A stretch of DNA of 64,000 nt from an uncultured Nitrososphaeraceae archaeon (GTDB lineage Archaea; Thermoproteota; Nitrososphaeria; Nitrososphaerales; Nitrososphaeraceae): the NCBI GenBank assembly GCA_963765895.1, contig CAVXZB010000032.1:13015-77014 (forward strand). Reading direction: 5' to 3'. The notes beneath the pieces are model-generated. The model saw nothing but the letters and a program-made list of their open reading frames with translations. It was not told where the DNA came from and did not search any database. Position numbers and translations under genes: made by a program. This document shows, one piece after another, positions 21,560-33,636 of the stretch (position 1 is the stretch's first letter; each line of letters opens with the position of its first letter).

Positions 21560-22183
21560 CTTATGGCATCAACAGATCTTTTATCACTAAAGACGATTAC
21601 AATGATTGTGGTGATCACATTCTAGGTATCTTTAATTTCGTTTCATGGATCCAATCATAATGTATATGCACAACAAGGCGGATCAGCTTCTAGTGGACCA
21701 GCAACGGGCGGATCAGGTATGACTGGAAGTTTTAATTGTACTGTAGCTTACGCCTGCATTACTCAATCGCCCACGGGTGGATCTGCTACTAGTGGTCCGG
21801 CAACTGGTGGATCAGTTTCAGGTGGGGGAGGAAATAACGTGACATCACATGCTCCACCATTACAATCATCGGATGCAGTTTCATTGTATAACCTAGGTAA
21901 CGCTCTTCTTAATCAAGGTAATTATGCAGATGCTATATAATACTTTGACAAAGCATTAGCTATAGATCCAAATTTTAAAGAAGCATTAAATGATAAAGGT
22001 ATGGCCCTCTTTGACCAAAATAATTATGCAGATTCTATGACATATTTTGACAAAGCATTAGCTATAGATCCAAATTATGAAAATGCAAATAATAATAAAC
22101 GAATTGCTCAATTTAAGATGGCCAACCCCAATATTAGTCCGAGTAGCAATATTTGCAGTTCGAGTATCAATGGAAGATGTTGA
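21560..22183 (+). pseudogene. Secreted TPR protein with in-frame stops
   Basis: Gly/Ser-rich repeats (GGSA.SGPATGGS twice), then TPRs (YFDKALAIDPN twice); stop at 21938-21940. Confidence 0.7.
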
Positions 22184-22265
22184 TCCCGGTGGATACTCCT
22201 AATTGCCATAGCATATTTCTTTCATTATCTTTTGTCGCCTCCTGTTATTTCAATCGGTGAGATAC

Positions 22266-23517
22266 CTATTTTGTTATTTGTCTTCTCTCGATCTCCTGTA
22301 ATCTAGCTGATAAAGATACAAGTTGATCTGATAGTTGGGCTATAGCATCGTCTTTTACTTTATCACGATCTCTCATTGATTGATTTAATTCCTCTAATTC
22401 TTCCACCTTGGTTTGTATATCAGCACCCTGTCTTTCCAGCTGATGGATATTTAGGAAGGTTAAATAGGGTTCGATTTTGCGAAATATCTCAGCTTTTTCT
22501 GAATCCTTTTTGCGCCAATATGTAGACCCGGAATGTCCTATAAAATATTCAGAGTAATCGGCGTAACCAAGATCGGATATTGTTGTCTTTACGTATCGTC
22601 TAAAAGAATGAAGGGTTATCTGCCTACGTCGTTCGTTACCATCCTCTCTTGCGCCTTTACCATTGCGATCTAATGTCATCTGAAATGACTTAACCAAATC
22701 GTGATAGAGCCAGAGATAGTTTGGTCTCTCTATATCTTGGTAAACCGCAAATACTAGATCAGTATCATTTTTAGTAGGACTTCGATATTCTGATATGGTT
22801 CTTTCTCCATCTTGTCTGTCTGTAACAAACTCTCCTAGTTCGATACTTATAATCCAACCATGATTTTAATTGATGGGCTGCTTCGTTGGTTAGGAAAATA
22901 GTTCTATCAGTTCTTGTCTTTGTATACTGACCTCTTAAGAACAATGTTGCAGGACTGGAGTCCAAATCTAAATCTTTAATACGGATTGATAAAGCCTCAC
23001 CAGCACGCATTCCAGTTGCTGCCAAGAGTAAAACATAAGTCTTTATTCTGATGTCTGATGCAGCATTTAGTATTTCCACAATATCCTCTTTAGATAATGC
23101 CTCCTTGTTTTTTCTGATTGCTCTAGGTAGCTTTACCTTTAGTTTGAATCTTCGCGGGCTAATATCTATATCTTGATATTCAAGAAAGTTTTTCACAGTC
23201 ACCACTCGCAGCTTCACTGTAAGTGTTGAAATCTTTTGTTGACTCAAATATTTAGCATACTCGGTTAGAAGGGAATAAGGGTCTTGTTTACCGTTTTTAA
23301 TGTTAGAAATAATATCATCTACTCGTTGCGAATATTTCTTCTCAATAAATACTTCAAAAGTCCTGAGCCGTGCATAGTACTCCTTTGCGGTTAATTCATT
23401 CATCATACTGATGTTTGTGATGTAATCTGATATTATCTGACTTGCCGTTGAGTTGCTAGCTTGAACCGTTATAGTTTTCAAACACTTACCATTAGTCATT
23501 AGTCCTTTATATAGCAT
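22266..23517 (-). pseudogene. Tyrosine recombinase/integrase split by a frameshift near 22815
   Basis: TGMRAGEA, TKT, LHSFRR, IGHS and TYW catalytic motifs. Removing one of the duplicated agac units at 22812-22822 fuses the two ORFs. Confidence 0.92.
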
Positions 23518-23944
23518 TTGTATTTATAGCCTATTATTCACTATAAATAGCACAATTTATAATGAATAATAATATCTGCGGACTGTGTCTGTTAATCCAA
23601 ATATAGGGATAGTAATTAATGCGGCACAAGTATACTAATTGATTTACATGATCATAAACCCTACTGACCTCGAAACGATTTTGCTAGATTCCTAGATGCA
23701 AGTTGGGCCTTGTTCGTAGCAACTGCGATCCTAGTAATAGTTACAGGTTTTTATGCAATACAAACTTACTGGTTAGCAAATGTGCCGTTTCGGTCTTTAT
23801 TATTTGCTAGATTAGCCCATAAAACAAGTGGCACAAAATCCAGCATTGAAGTGAAAATTGAGAATGTAGAAATTGGAGCAGCTGTAGCAGTTACTTGTAA
23901 TTATTTAATAGGCTCATTTAATGGGGACTCATTACTAGAAGGAT

Positions 23945-24100
23945 GTCCGGAGCGGATTTACTACCGATAGTATCTGTCACCATGATTTCAACTACTTCTC
24001 CATCTTTATCAAATATATCCGCCTGTCCTGCCTTTGCAATCTTTTGTTTTTCTTTAGGTCCAAACGTGGCATCACCTTTAATAATATATGCAAATAAATC
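23945..24100 (-). pseudogene. Possible pirin C-terminal fragment
   Basis: FAYIIKGDATFG...GQADIFDKDGEVVEI; recognised from memory only. Confidence 0.4.
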
Positions 24101-24148
24101 AATTCAAGTTTTTATTATGCTGGTATCATCTATATCCATTAAGTTGAC

Positions 24149-25309
24149 TCACTTGTCCTTTTTGGTGGTACCGCTTCCTGCTTCCTTCACTTGTTTTACC
24201 ATACCGCCAACTTGGGATACAACTTTGCTAACGATATTCTCGTTTTGTTTATCTTTACCCTCATCATAGTTTTTATTATCTTTTTTCTGTTCTTGTTCTT
24301 GTTGCTGTTTATTTAGTTCAGAATTCCTCATTTCTTCCTTGGTTTTTTGATGTATTCCATATGGTACTAGCTTATATTCCCCATTGTTATTGATCTCCAC
24401 ATACCAGCCAGAGCATGCTTTATCTTGGCCATATTGATCCTCAAACCATCTTGGAGTTACCATATCTGCTAGCCATCCCCCAGTATTGATTACCTTATTT
24501 TCAAAATCGATATAAGGTCTATGCGTATGTCCGAAAATCAGAATTTCGTCTAATTGCATCCCAAGTAGCGGATATCTAGCCTTAGACTTGGCAAATTTAT
24601 CTATTGCATCCATCTCCTTTCGCTGTTCTGCAGTCTGTAGGAAATCAGTTATTTGAGGCTGCCCTCGTGTAAAAACCCTGTGAAACGTTTCATGTAGATA
24701 ACTAGCAATGTTTCCTTCAGTATCATTCATCCTACATAGTTGATCTGAAATTTTTTCGTATTCAGATAGTTTCATAGATATCAATTTCGAGATCACCTCA
24801 AGCTCATGCCCATGAACAAGATAGAAGTTCTTCTCGCCACTCTTAATCCTAAAGTATTTGCTAATGTTGTAACAGTTAAAATCAGGATAATTATGCGCCG
24901 CATCTAGTGTAATATAGTCATGGTTACCAGGAAGATAATATACGTCTTTGAACTGGTTTACCAATGACAATATTTCATCAGATTCAGTTGAGTAAATGAT
25001 ATCATGCTTTCTCCAAAGATCCCAAAAATCGCCAAGAATAAATAACGAATATTCTTTTGAAGTCCCTCTAGAAATAAATTCTGAAAGAAAATCTGAAAAT
25101 GCTTTTGAATTACACTTTTCATAACCAAGGTGCAGATCAGATACTATTATTGCTTTATCTATGTTAATCACATTGGGATATCCTTTATTAATTAAATTGT
25201 CTTTATCAACTGAATTACTAATATTGTGATTCTTACTATCTATTTCCTTGTACTTTGGTTGCTTATTGGTAGTAGCAATAGTTTTATTCACTTCCTGTTG
25301 CTGAACCAT
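24149..25309 (-). CDS. Calcineurin-like metallophosphoesterase (LpxH-like)
   Basis: SDLHLG, LGDFWD, GNHD, HGH, GHTH and NTGGW motifs. Confidence 0.88.
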   Translation of the reverse strand: MVQQQEVNKTIATTNKQPKYKEIDSKNHNISNSVDKDNLINKGYPNVINIDKAIIVSDLHLGYEKCNSKAFSDFLSEFISRGTSKEYSLFILGDFWDLWRKHDIIYSTESDEILSLVNQFKDVYYLPGNHDYITLDAAHNYPDFNCYNISKYFRIKSGEKNFYLVHGHELEVISKLISMKLSEYEKISDQLCRMNDTEGNIASYLHETFHRVFTRGQPQITDFLQTAEQRKEMDAIDKFAKSKARYPLLGMQLDEILIFGHTHRPYIDFENKVINTGGWLADMVTPRWFEDQYGQDKACSGWYVEINNNGEYKLVPYGIHQKTKEEMRNSELNKQQQEQEQKKDNKNYDEGKDKQNENIVSKVVSQVGGMVKQVKEAGSGTTKKDK

Positions 25310-25899
25310 AATGGAACGCTTCCTTAGAATTAATATCTCTGTATGACTTATAGGTGTTTTTAAATATAATTAAGATTTGAAATTGAAAAGCAAAGACAAA
25401 TTAAATGAACGAAGGAATATATGAAAATGTAAAAATAAGCCAGAAGATATAACTTGATAAATCAACAATTAGAAGTTATGCCCTCTAAAGATATGCTGTC
25501 ACAGCCGAGAATCCAGATGTTGAAAGACTACATATTTACATCTCTAGATTGATCTAGATAAGGCCTATATCATAGTTAGACAATAATGTCTCAACCTATC
25601 CGAAATTAATGGATATTACCACATTTGATAACAAAAAAATACTTACCTCTTAGGTCTAAACAACTAGACAAGTTAATTCCTCCTCTTTTAATACTGTGGA
25701 TTCTAAAAATGAATTAGATTACTATCATCCTGACCTTACCAAACCCTCAGAGATTTCTGACCATATAAAAAACAGATTCTTCCCATATTCAGACAGTATA
25801 AGAATAATACTAAAATTAAGCACCCGCAGATTACATACTTGGATGGACTCGAGCATCATTCTGACAATCACAAATTCTTGATCCGTATGACTGCAAAAA

Positions 25900-26140
25900 C
25901 AAGGCGAAAAAGTTAAAGCTTCAGTTTCGTAGACTTTTAGCTACCTATTACACATTTTATATGTTCAGCAATTTTTGCAGCAAGGATTCGAGAGAACATA
26001 CCGTGATAATCGACGAAACTATTTTACATATTGGTTCAGATTGTGCACGGTTATAGGTTGCTATTGTAAAACCAGTACTTAAGCAAATTCTTGGAGTTTG
26101 TTTACATCTCAAGACATAGAATAGGTTATTGCTGAATCAT
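25900..26140 (+). mobile_element. Degenerate IS6-like transposase remnant
   Basis: Fragments VIIDETILHIGS, VAI, KQILGV and ISRHR, with stops. Confidence 0.5.
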
Positions 26141-26560
26141 ATCGAGCTAAAAAATTCGAAGAGATCGAATCACAGTCAAATATGGATAAACAGACTTTTC
26201 ATGATAGGTTTACAGATGTAAAAGTTTGATCTAAAGTATAGAAAATATCTATGATTCCTATCGTAATTCTATCACAATAAACTACTGTTAGTTCTTGATA
26301 AAATCGATTCTGAAGTTTCTTGAGTGAGTGATAGCGTGGAGAATACCAGAAATATAATACCCGGAGAAATTAGATAAGACTCTCGTTAGGTTGGGCATAT
26401 CATTGGACGATTATGTCAGTTTCTCCTTTCATATTTATAGTCAGATCGGGATTTGCTCAATAATCGATTTGAGGTATTTCTTGCGTAGATTTAGACCTTT
26501 ATTAATGGTCAATGTTTTTTCTATAACAAATGAATCGATTGTGACTCGAATATTTAAGAT

Positions 26561-26920
26561 TTGAATTGGAACATCTATTTCATGGCAATGTCACTTCCCT
26601 TATCTAATATGAAGAAAGATCTAGAGGAATTGGTATCTATAATCATTGAAGAACACATATCAAGAATGAAACTCGACAGACTGTTCCTGTTCGGTTTTAC
26701 TGAAGATAAGAATAAAAGATTACTAGAGATTAGAGAATTCTTGAAAGAAGAATCTGATATAGCATTTATTACAGGTATTGAAGATAGCAATATCTCAGAT
26801 AAATTTGGAGACAAAATTACTGATGTCGTATCCATATACGATACAGAGGAATTAGGTATGTTATTCAATTGCATCAACTTAGTTCTAAACGACCGGAATC
26901 TAGAAGATACAAAATACTGA
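26561..26920 (+). CDS. Hypothetical protein, probably the 3' piece of a broken gene
   Basis: 119-aa ORF with protein-like composition; no motif recognised. Confidence 0.4.
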   Translation: MNWNIYFMAMSLPLSNMKKDLEELVSIIIEEHISRMKLDRLFLFGFTEDKNKRLLEIREFLKEESDIAFITGIEDSNISDKFGDKITDVVSIYDTEELGMLFNCINLVLNDRNLEDTKY

Positions 26921-26983
26921 GTCTAAGTAACTAAACATGAACCTACAATAGAAAAATCTATTTACTTACCAGTATTATCTAGT

Positions 26984-28012
26984 TGTTGTACTTACAGACA
27001 TAGGTGACAATATAGCTTACAGACATGGGTTACACTTCTGCTGTCAGGAAGTGTATCCATATAGAAATCAAAACAAAGTTTAATCTAATACATGAAAAAG
27101 AATGGTCTGGAGACACGATATCCAATATTAAGAGATACGGTACATCCAGAAAGACGTACTATAAGTGGAATAATAGATACAAACAGAAAGGAATTGAAGG
27201 TTTATCAGATACCTCAAGAAGACCCTGTAATATCAACTACAAGAAAATAACATCAGAAGTAGAGGAAACCATACTTGATATACGATTAACCAAGCGATTT
27301 GGATGTAACAGAATCAAGTTTAGATTGAGAAGGATTGTTGGAATGTCATTAAGCACTAGAATTATAGACAAGATACTAAAAAGACATGGTCTTAACATAC
27401 TCAAGTGTAGGCTAAAATAAGAAGCTACAAACGCTTCGTAATGAAGCATCCAAATGATATGGTACAGATGGATATCATTGGCCCTTTCTATCTGAATAAT
27501 TCTAGTCAAGGGAATTACATCATCAGCTGTCTAGATGATTGTTCAAGAATAGTAGAAAGCAGATGGTCTGAAAGAAGAGGTCAATAGATGTTCTCAATGT
27601 ATTAGAGGATTGGATAATGATTAATGGCAAACCTGATAGGGTAATGCATGATAATGGCAAGCAGTTTACATCTACCATATTCAGACGCTTTCTAGTCCAT
27701 AATCATATCAAGGATAACGCATTCCAAATTGCTATCCGCAGTTACAAGGGAAAATAGAAGCATATAACAAGATAGTAAAGAATGAGTTTCTAGCAGTGGA
27801 AGATATACCAAACATAGACGATGGAAAGCTAGGTATGATATGTTTGTAAAGGCGTACAATGAAACTAGAGAACATGGAGGAATAAACGGTCTTACTCCAT
27901 CAGAAATGTTTCTACAAAGATTAATTACAGCCACCATACATACAAGAACTAAGCAGCAAAGTGTAACCCATGTAGGTAATCAGAAATGTAACCTATCTAT
28001 GTAAGTACAACA
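26984..28012 (+). mobile_element. IS481-family insertion sequence with a frameshifted transposase
   Basis: 26-bp TIRs tgttgtacttaca...tgtaagtacaaca; flanks tctagt and tctaga; HTH SRKTYYKWNNRY and rve core QMDI.GP, LDDCSR, HDNG.QF, QGKIE. Confidence 0.9.
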
Positions 28013-28160
28013 TCTAGATAAAGCAGTATCTATAAATCCTACTTCATGATACCTTGTAGGGTTAATTGCAGTCCCCATTATTCTACTGGTATAGCGTTGT
28101 TTTTGGAGATACGTATATACCCACTGTATAACCATTAATTAATCAACTACATATTTCATC

Positions 28161-28335
28161 TTATTTCAAAAAGTCTGATAGATTAGTTTGTTTTGTGTTG
28201 CCGGTTATTCCTTCTTTGGTTTGGGGCACCACAACATCATTCCATGTTACTTCTGACAAATCCAACATTTTTCTGAATTTGTTGGCAGTTCCTAGACCGA
28301 ATCCAGCATAATGATTGTTTGCTGCTACAATCGCT
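28161..28335 (-). pseudogene. C-terminal fragment of a DUF72-family gene
   Basis: AIVAANNHYAGFGLGTANKFRKML...QTNLSDFLK*. Confidence 0.55.
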
Positions 28336-28731
28336 TGTCATGGGCACTTGGTTCTTCCTTGTTCGATACTGGGATAGCAGGATGATGACTAACTTTTCGA
28401 GTAGGTTCGGCTGTTCATCTAATTCTAGTTTTTAGCTGCATCAGTACCAAGATTTGTCTCTTCAATTCCTTGTTTATGGCTCATTGATATAATTATGCCA
28501 AAGTTCTAAATACGTTTCAGTTATAAACAATATTCCGAAAAGAAACTAGAACTTAATTACTGGTATAAGCTGCGCGTCAACGATAAATAATGTAATTGGT
28601 TATGAATTTCCTCTTGATTATATTTTATTAAATGGATCACACTACATTTCTTTGAACAAGACTAGATATATTATATTAATCGAATAAGCCATATTATAAT
28701 GTTAAAAAAATAATGTTGTACATCACTAATA

Positions 28732-29060
28732 ATGAGTCAGCCAGATGCCAATCTAGTAAATAATGAAAGAAACGAAAGACTTCAGCTCATAGATACTATG
28801 AAAGCTCCTATTATACAAATAGGAAAGACTGCAGGATATGAAGTAATAGAGAATTAGGATTTGGGCCCTGGACCAATTCATATTACATGGGTAGTTAAAC
28901 CTTGTAACAATAATGAAACTCTTCCAGATATGAGATTAGGATTTATGTGCCTTACCGAATTCTCTGAAACTTTATTAAATGAAGCAATTGAGGTCAAATG
29001 CTAAACCCAATTGACAAATTGGTCTTGGTAGTTCCAACAGAAACAATGACAAAATTTGTA
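28732..29060 (+). pseudogene. Decayed hypothetical gene
   Basis: MSQPDANL...GYEVIEN*DLGPGPIHITW...LPDMRLGFMC, with an internal stop and a frameshift. Confidence 0.5.
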
Positions 29061-29185
29061 TAAGTATTATAATTTATAGCCTAAATATGAATAGGTAAAT
29101 CGCTAACTTGATTGTTTATTTATGATATACATATCTTAACATGCATATCTTATACTTACTTAAATTATGGGAGTGTTATTTATTA

Positions 29186-29545
29186 CTATAATAGTGCAAG
29201 TACCATCTGATTTAGTTTATATAATGATACAGGTTTTTCTATATATCCCTTTACATCTGATGGTAGAAATCCCTTTTGAAAAGCAGAATATTCATACTCA
29301 AATGCACTCATAAGCAAAATCTTCATGTTGGATTTTATTTTTTTTATTTGCTGTACAAATTCATAGCCATTAAGATGTGGCATCTTAATATCTGAGATTA
29401 CAAGATCGTAATTGGATGGTGTCTGCCTAAATGTTTCCAAGGCCATTAACGGATCAGTAAAAGATGATACTGAAAGACCTGCCTTCTCTAGACTAATCTT
29501 GATTATCGATATAATATCACAATCGTCATCGACTATGAGTATCAA
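29186..29545 (-). CDS. Single-domain response regulator (REC)
   Basis: ILIVDDD, YDLVISDIKMP, LMSA and IEKP motifs. Confidence 0.9.
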   Translation of the reverse strand: MILIVDDDCDIISIIKISLEKAGLSVSSFTDPLMALETFRQTPSNYDLVISDIKMPHLNGYEFVQQIKKIKSNMKILLMSAFEYEYSAFQKGFLPSDVKGYIEKPVSLYKLNQMVLALL

Positions 29546-30110
29546 TCTTATGGAGTATCACTAAAATACCGAACTATTTAATATATTCTCTGATTAAATT
29601 AACTAAATAACAACAAAAAATGATATGTAATTAGCTAATTAGCTAATAATAAAGACTGTTTATTTTATACATCATCGAGATGATTTTAGTTGGTAAAAAT
29701 AATTAAGATGAGCCTTTATCTATCTTATCAGATTATTGAATCTAATTGGTCATCAATGCATGTGACTAAATAGTTAAAGATTGGTGATTAGAAGTGTAAC
29801 ACACAATATTTCAACGTATGGTGGCACATAATATCCACAAGTATGTAGTTTTCTAGATATCTGACATCATAATCGTTCATCTATTAAAAAAAGCTTTATA
29901 GAAAATAACTATACATTATATAAAAAGATAGAACTGAACGTTCTGATGGCTACTTCTCATTGGAAAGACAATGATTGTAAGCTAAGCATGTCATAAATTG
30001 TTTGAGTTTATTTATAGATGCATAATTGAGATTGTGGAAAAGATTGTTAAGTGAAACAGAGCTTATTTTACATGTTATCTTTATTAGAAGTAAGTACCAT
30101 ATCGGTTCAA

Positions 30111-30306
30111 ATGACTCATGTTGCAAAAATTATAGAACTCGTAGGCAGCTCGATATTGATGGAAAGAGGCAGCACAAGCAGCAGTAGATGAAGCTAAGAA
30201 GTCTATAAATGGAATAAATGGTGTTGAAATTACAAAGATGACTGCATAGTGGGAAGAATACTCAGTATCGAGCTATTGTAAAATATCATTTGGTTTAGAA
30301 CACTAG
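30111..30306 (+). pseudogene. Dodecin-family pseudogene
   Basis: MTHVAKIIELVGSS, AAQAAVDEAKKSI.GI.GVEI and VKISFGLE, with frameshifts and a stop. Confidence 0.75.
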
Positions 30307-30715
30307 CACTTAAACTTTTATGGATTAAAATTTGTTATTTGTTGTCGGATTAGTTAAGAATAACCAGAATTGATTAGTATTTAGATTCGATATTTTTATT
30401 AACATAGCATTTAGACGTATCGATATTGACCTACATATTCATAACTATTAATATGAAGTAAGCATCTACATTTGTTGATATATGATAGACAAGATAACCA
30501 ACGGATATCAGGATATCAGTCTAATAATTATTATCAAATCACTAGTATTTTGAAAAGATCTTTATTATAGGCAAAAGTGAAGAAGCAGTAAGATGATAAA
30601 TAACAGTTAAACATATTCTCTTTCTTGTTCGTCTGCAGTAGTGATCATTATTTATCGTATATACTATAAAAGATACAAATCCACACAATCCATTTTATTT
30701 AATGTGTATGGTTAG

Positions 30716-31672
30716 GGCCATGTAGAAATCATCACAAAAATGACAATATTCGTTAGCCTGTGCATGTTATAGGCTATGCATCTGAATGATAGTTCCCTGT
30801 TCTGTGTTTTTACTAGCCTTGAAGAAATATATTCTCCAAATAGTCGTTTTATGACAGACATTATGGTCTCATCCTTGTTTCGTTGATTGTACAATAGTTC
30901 GTTATATCCACGTTTCATCTGCTTTCTATATCTGCCATGTGTTCTCCATATCGGTACATGTTCATATCGAGCTGGAATAACACTGAATGCATGCAAGGTT
31001 TCTCTTACCAACTGATGATTATCTTCATTATCATATCCCTTATCAGCTGTAACTACGGATAGTGGTAGAATTTCAGCTATTCTTGTTATGATTGGCTTGA
31101 AATCTACATTATCATGTCTTGTAGGAGCTCGTCTTATCCTTATGTTGCAGATAATCTGTTGTAATACATCGGCTCCAATAGATAATTTCGCATATTTTCT
31201 TGTTGCTTCTATTCGTTCATCATAATACTGTGAAGCATGAGTTATTTTAAATCCTGTTGAATCTATTCCTACAAAGATATGCTTCGTACAGCTAATTACA
31301 ATGAATGACGAAATTATCTTCTCAAGCAGTGAATTGCTAATTCTGTCTGTCTGTAAACTTTTGCAATGTTGTAAAATGAGGAATACGTGACAATCGTAGG
31401 TACGATCTAAGGTAATATGCCTCGACTAACCACTCGACAAACATCCTATAACTCTTACCTTCGTACTGTCTTATTGTAAGTAATACTAAATGCTGCCATA
31501 TCATAAATACATGATTGCTCTTTCTGTGAAGAAACAATGGTATCCTTGAATTTCTCAAGACACGGTACATAGTATTAGCCAGCCTAACATATCTTTGATT
31601 CTTTCAACATCCATATTGGATCATACGTCTAGAAAGCTCTAACGGTATTCAGAACATGGTTTCTACAGAGCC
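30716..31672 (-). mobile_element. IS5-family insertion sequence with a disrupted transposase
   Basis: TIRs ggccatgtagaaatcat and atggtttctacagagcc; 8-bp TSD atggttag (30708-30715 and 31673-31680); GIDSTG, ADKGYD and YNQRNKDETIMSVIKR motifs. Confidence 0.92.
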
Positions 31673-31789
31673 ATGGTTAGATAAGGCTTTCAATATTGAG
31701 TACCTTAATTGTAATAAAAATCCCAGATAAATAGCATACCGCTAATATAACTAAAATTTGCAGCATTTATCTTTCATACTATACATACG

Positions 31790-32896
31790 GTGATTAAGGC
31801 CAGAAAAGATAATGACTTAAATACAATAGAACAAGGTGATATATTCTTCTTTATCGGCCAAAAATAGGCATTGAAGAAGTTGAAGGTATAGAAGATGTAC
31901 AAAGATTTTACATGGTTACTTCGTCTATGCATAAAAATGAACATGACAGAAGCAAAATATATATCGATTATTTTTAATTGGACAAAAGCAATTACCACAA
32001 ATCGTTGAAGGAAAATCAACCTCAAAGGAAAGAAATTGGGCATTAAATATATTGACAACCTCAAACGCAGAAGATATTCATAAAGAGCTTTTGCCGGCTG
32101 AATACACAACTGAGACAAGAGGTAAACGTAGACTCGCAGCCGCTGCACCAGCTGGAGAAGGCAAATACTCAATTGTTAAGCATGATGGTCATACTGAATT
32201 AGCATATTTGTTGGAGCTTCCTGAGGTACCTGGTCCCACGCAGAAGGAATTTGAAATAAAGAAGGAAGCTAGTTATATAATATCAGTAAAGAATCCAGAG
32301 ATAGCGTACCTGGTTTTGCCGCATTTTCTTCTGGTAAGAAACCAGAATATCCCAAGAGATTAATGGAAATGTTTGGAGATAAAAGATGGATAGATGTAGA
32401 AAACTCAGAATTACTTGATTACGAAAATACGCAACTTTTGTTAATTGGAGCTCGCAAAAAAGATGTGGAAGAAGAACTTGGAATTGACATAGATGAACAA
32501 AAAGAAACCCAGAGGAGCGCAGATATATTTAAAGAATTAAAGGTAAGAAAAAATGAGGTTCCATTAAAACCTCTATTGAAGGGTAAATTTCCAGAAAAAG
32601 AAGAGATACCTATGGCGCAAGAGATAAAGCAGTTATCAAAAGATGAAGCTCCAGGAAGAGGGGGAAAGATTGGCGGCAAGGTTGCCGCAAGTAAGGCACC
32701 ATCGGCTGTTGCAATAGCAAAATTACTATCTGGAATAGTTTTTCCAAAATATAAAGATAAGGTTATAGAGCATGCAGAAAAGAATAAGGCAGAATTGGAC
32801 CAGCCAGAACAGGTGATTGATACTTTAAAGGAGATACCTGATAAAACTTATCATAATATGGCAGAAGTGGAAAAGGCATTAGGAAACATAAGATAG
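31790..32896 (+). pseudogene. Frameshifted conserved protein with a C-terminal DUF2795-like domain
   Basis: Pieces IEQGDIFFF, IEEVEGIEDVQRFYMV, EYTTETRGKRR..AA.PAGEGKY and LLSGIVFPKYK...IPDKTYHNMAEV lie in different frames. Confidence 0.7.
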
Positions 32897-32932
32897 GATA
32901 AGGTAAGATAAGACAAAAGGTGAACAAGTCCA

Positions 32933-33511
32933 ATGGCTCAATTTACATGCAGTGTTTGTGGAGATGGATTTGAACAGAAATCTCGTTTACAAAGACATAT
33001 GGATACTGCACATCCACCACAGGCTCCTTCTGCCGCAGACATTGAAAAAGTATTAGCTGGTATTGACTATCCAAAAATAAAAGATGATTTGGTACAATAT
33101 TCATCTCAAAAAGCATCAACTATAGGTAAAGATCTTTTTGAATTAATAGAATCTCTTCCATCTTGTACATATAGAGATTCTGCCGAAGTTGCTGTAGCGC
33201 TAGGCGAATTAAAGAGCGGGAAGAAGGTAAGAGAGGCAAAGCAAACTGAAGCAATAGAGCAACCTAGTACGCAAGGGGGAAGAACTGCAGCTACATCTTC
33301 TGTATCAGCAGTTGCAATTGCAAAGCTTCTAGCAGGAATAGATTTTCCGAAGAGCAAAAGTAGTTTAAAAAATTATGCAAAGAAGAATATATCTAAAATT
33401 AATTCTACCAATCCAAATGAAAATGAGATTCTAAACATACTAAATCGTCTGCCAGATAAAGAATATCGTAATATGGCAGATGTTGAAAAATCAGTTGGCA
33501 GCTTGATATAG
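32933..33511 (+). CDS. C2H2 zinc finger plus two DUF2795-like domains
   Basis: CSVCGDGFEQKSRLQRHMDTAH; LAGIDYPK and LAGIDFPK...LPDKEYRNMADV. Confidence 0.8.
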   Translation: MAQFTCSVCGDGFEQKSRLQRHMDTAHPPQAPSAADIEKVLAGIDYPKIKDDLVQYSSQKASTIGKDLFELIESLPSCTYRDSAEVAVALGELKSGKKVREAKQTEAIEQPSTQGGRTAATSSVSAVAIAKLLAGIDFPKSKSSLKNYAKKNISKINSTNPNENEILNILNRLPDKEYRNMADVEKSVGSLI

Positions 33512-33636
33512 TAATACCATATGAATGATAAAACTGATGAGAAGATAAGTGGCGGCAAAAACCAATAGGGGGATTTATCTCATAAATTCTCCATGTACTA
33601 TAAGAGTAAATAAATAATTATTTTCTATTTCAAGTC

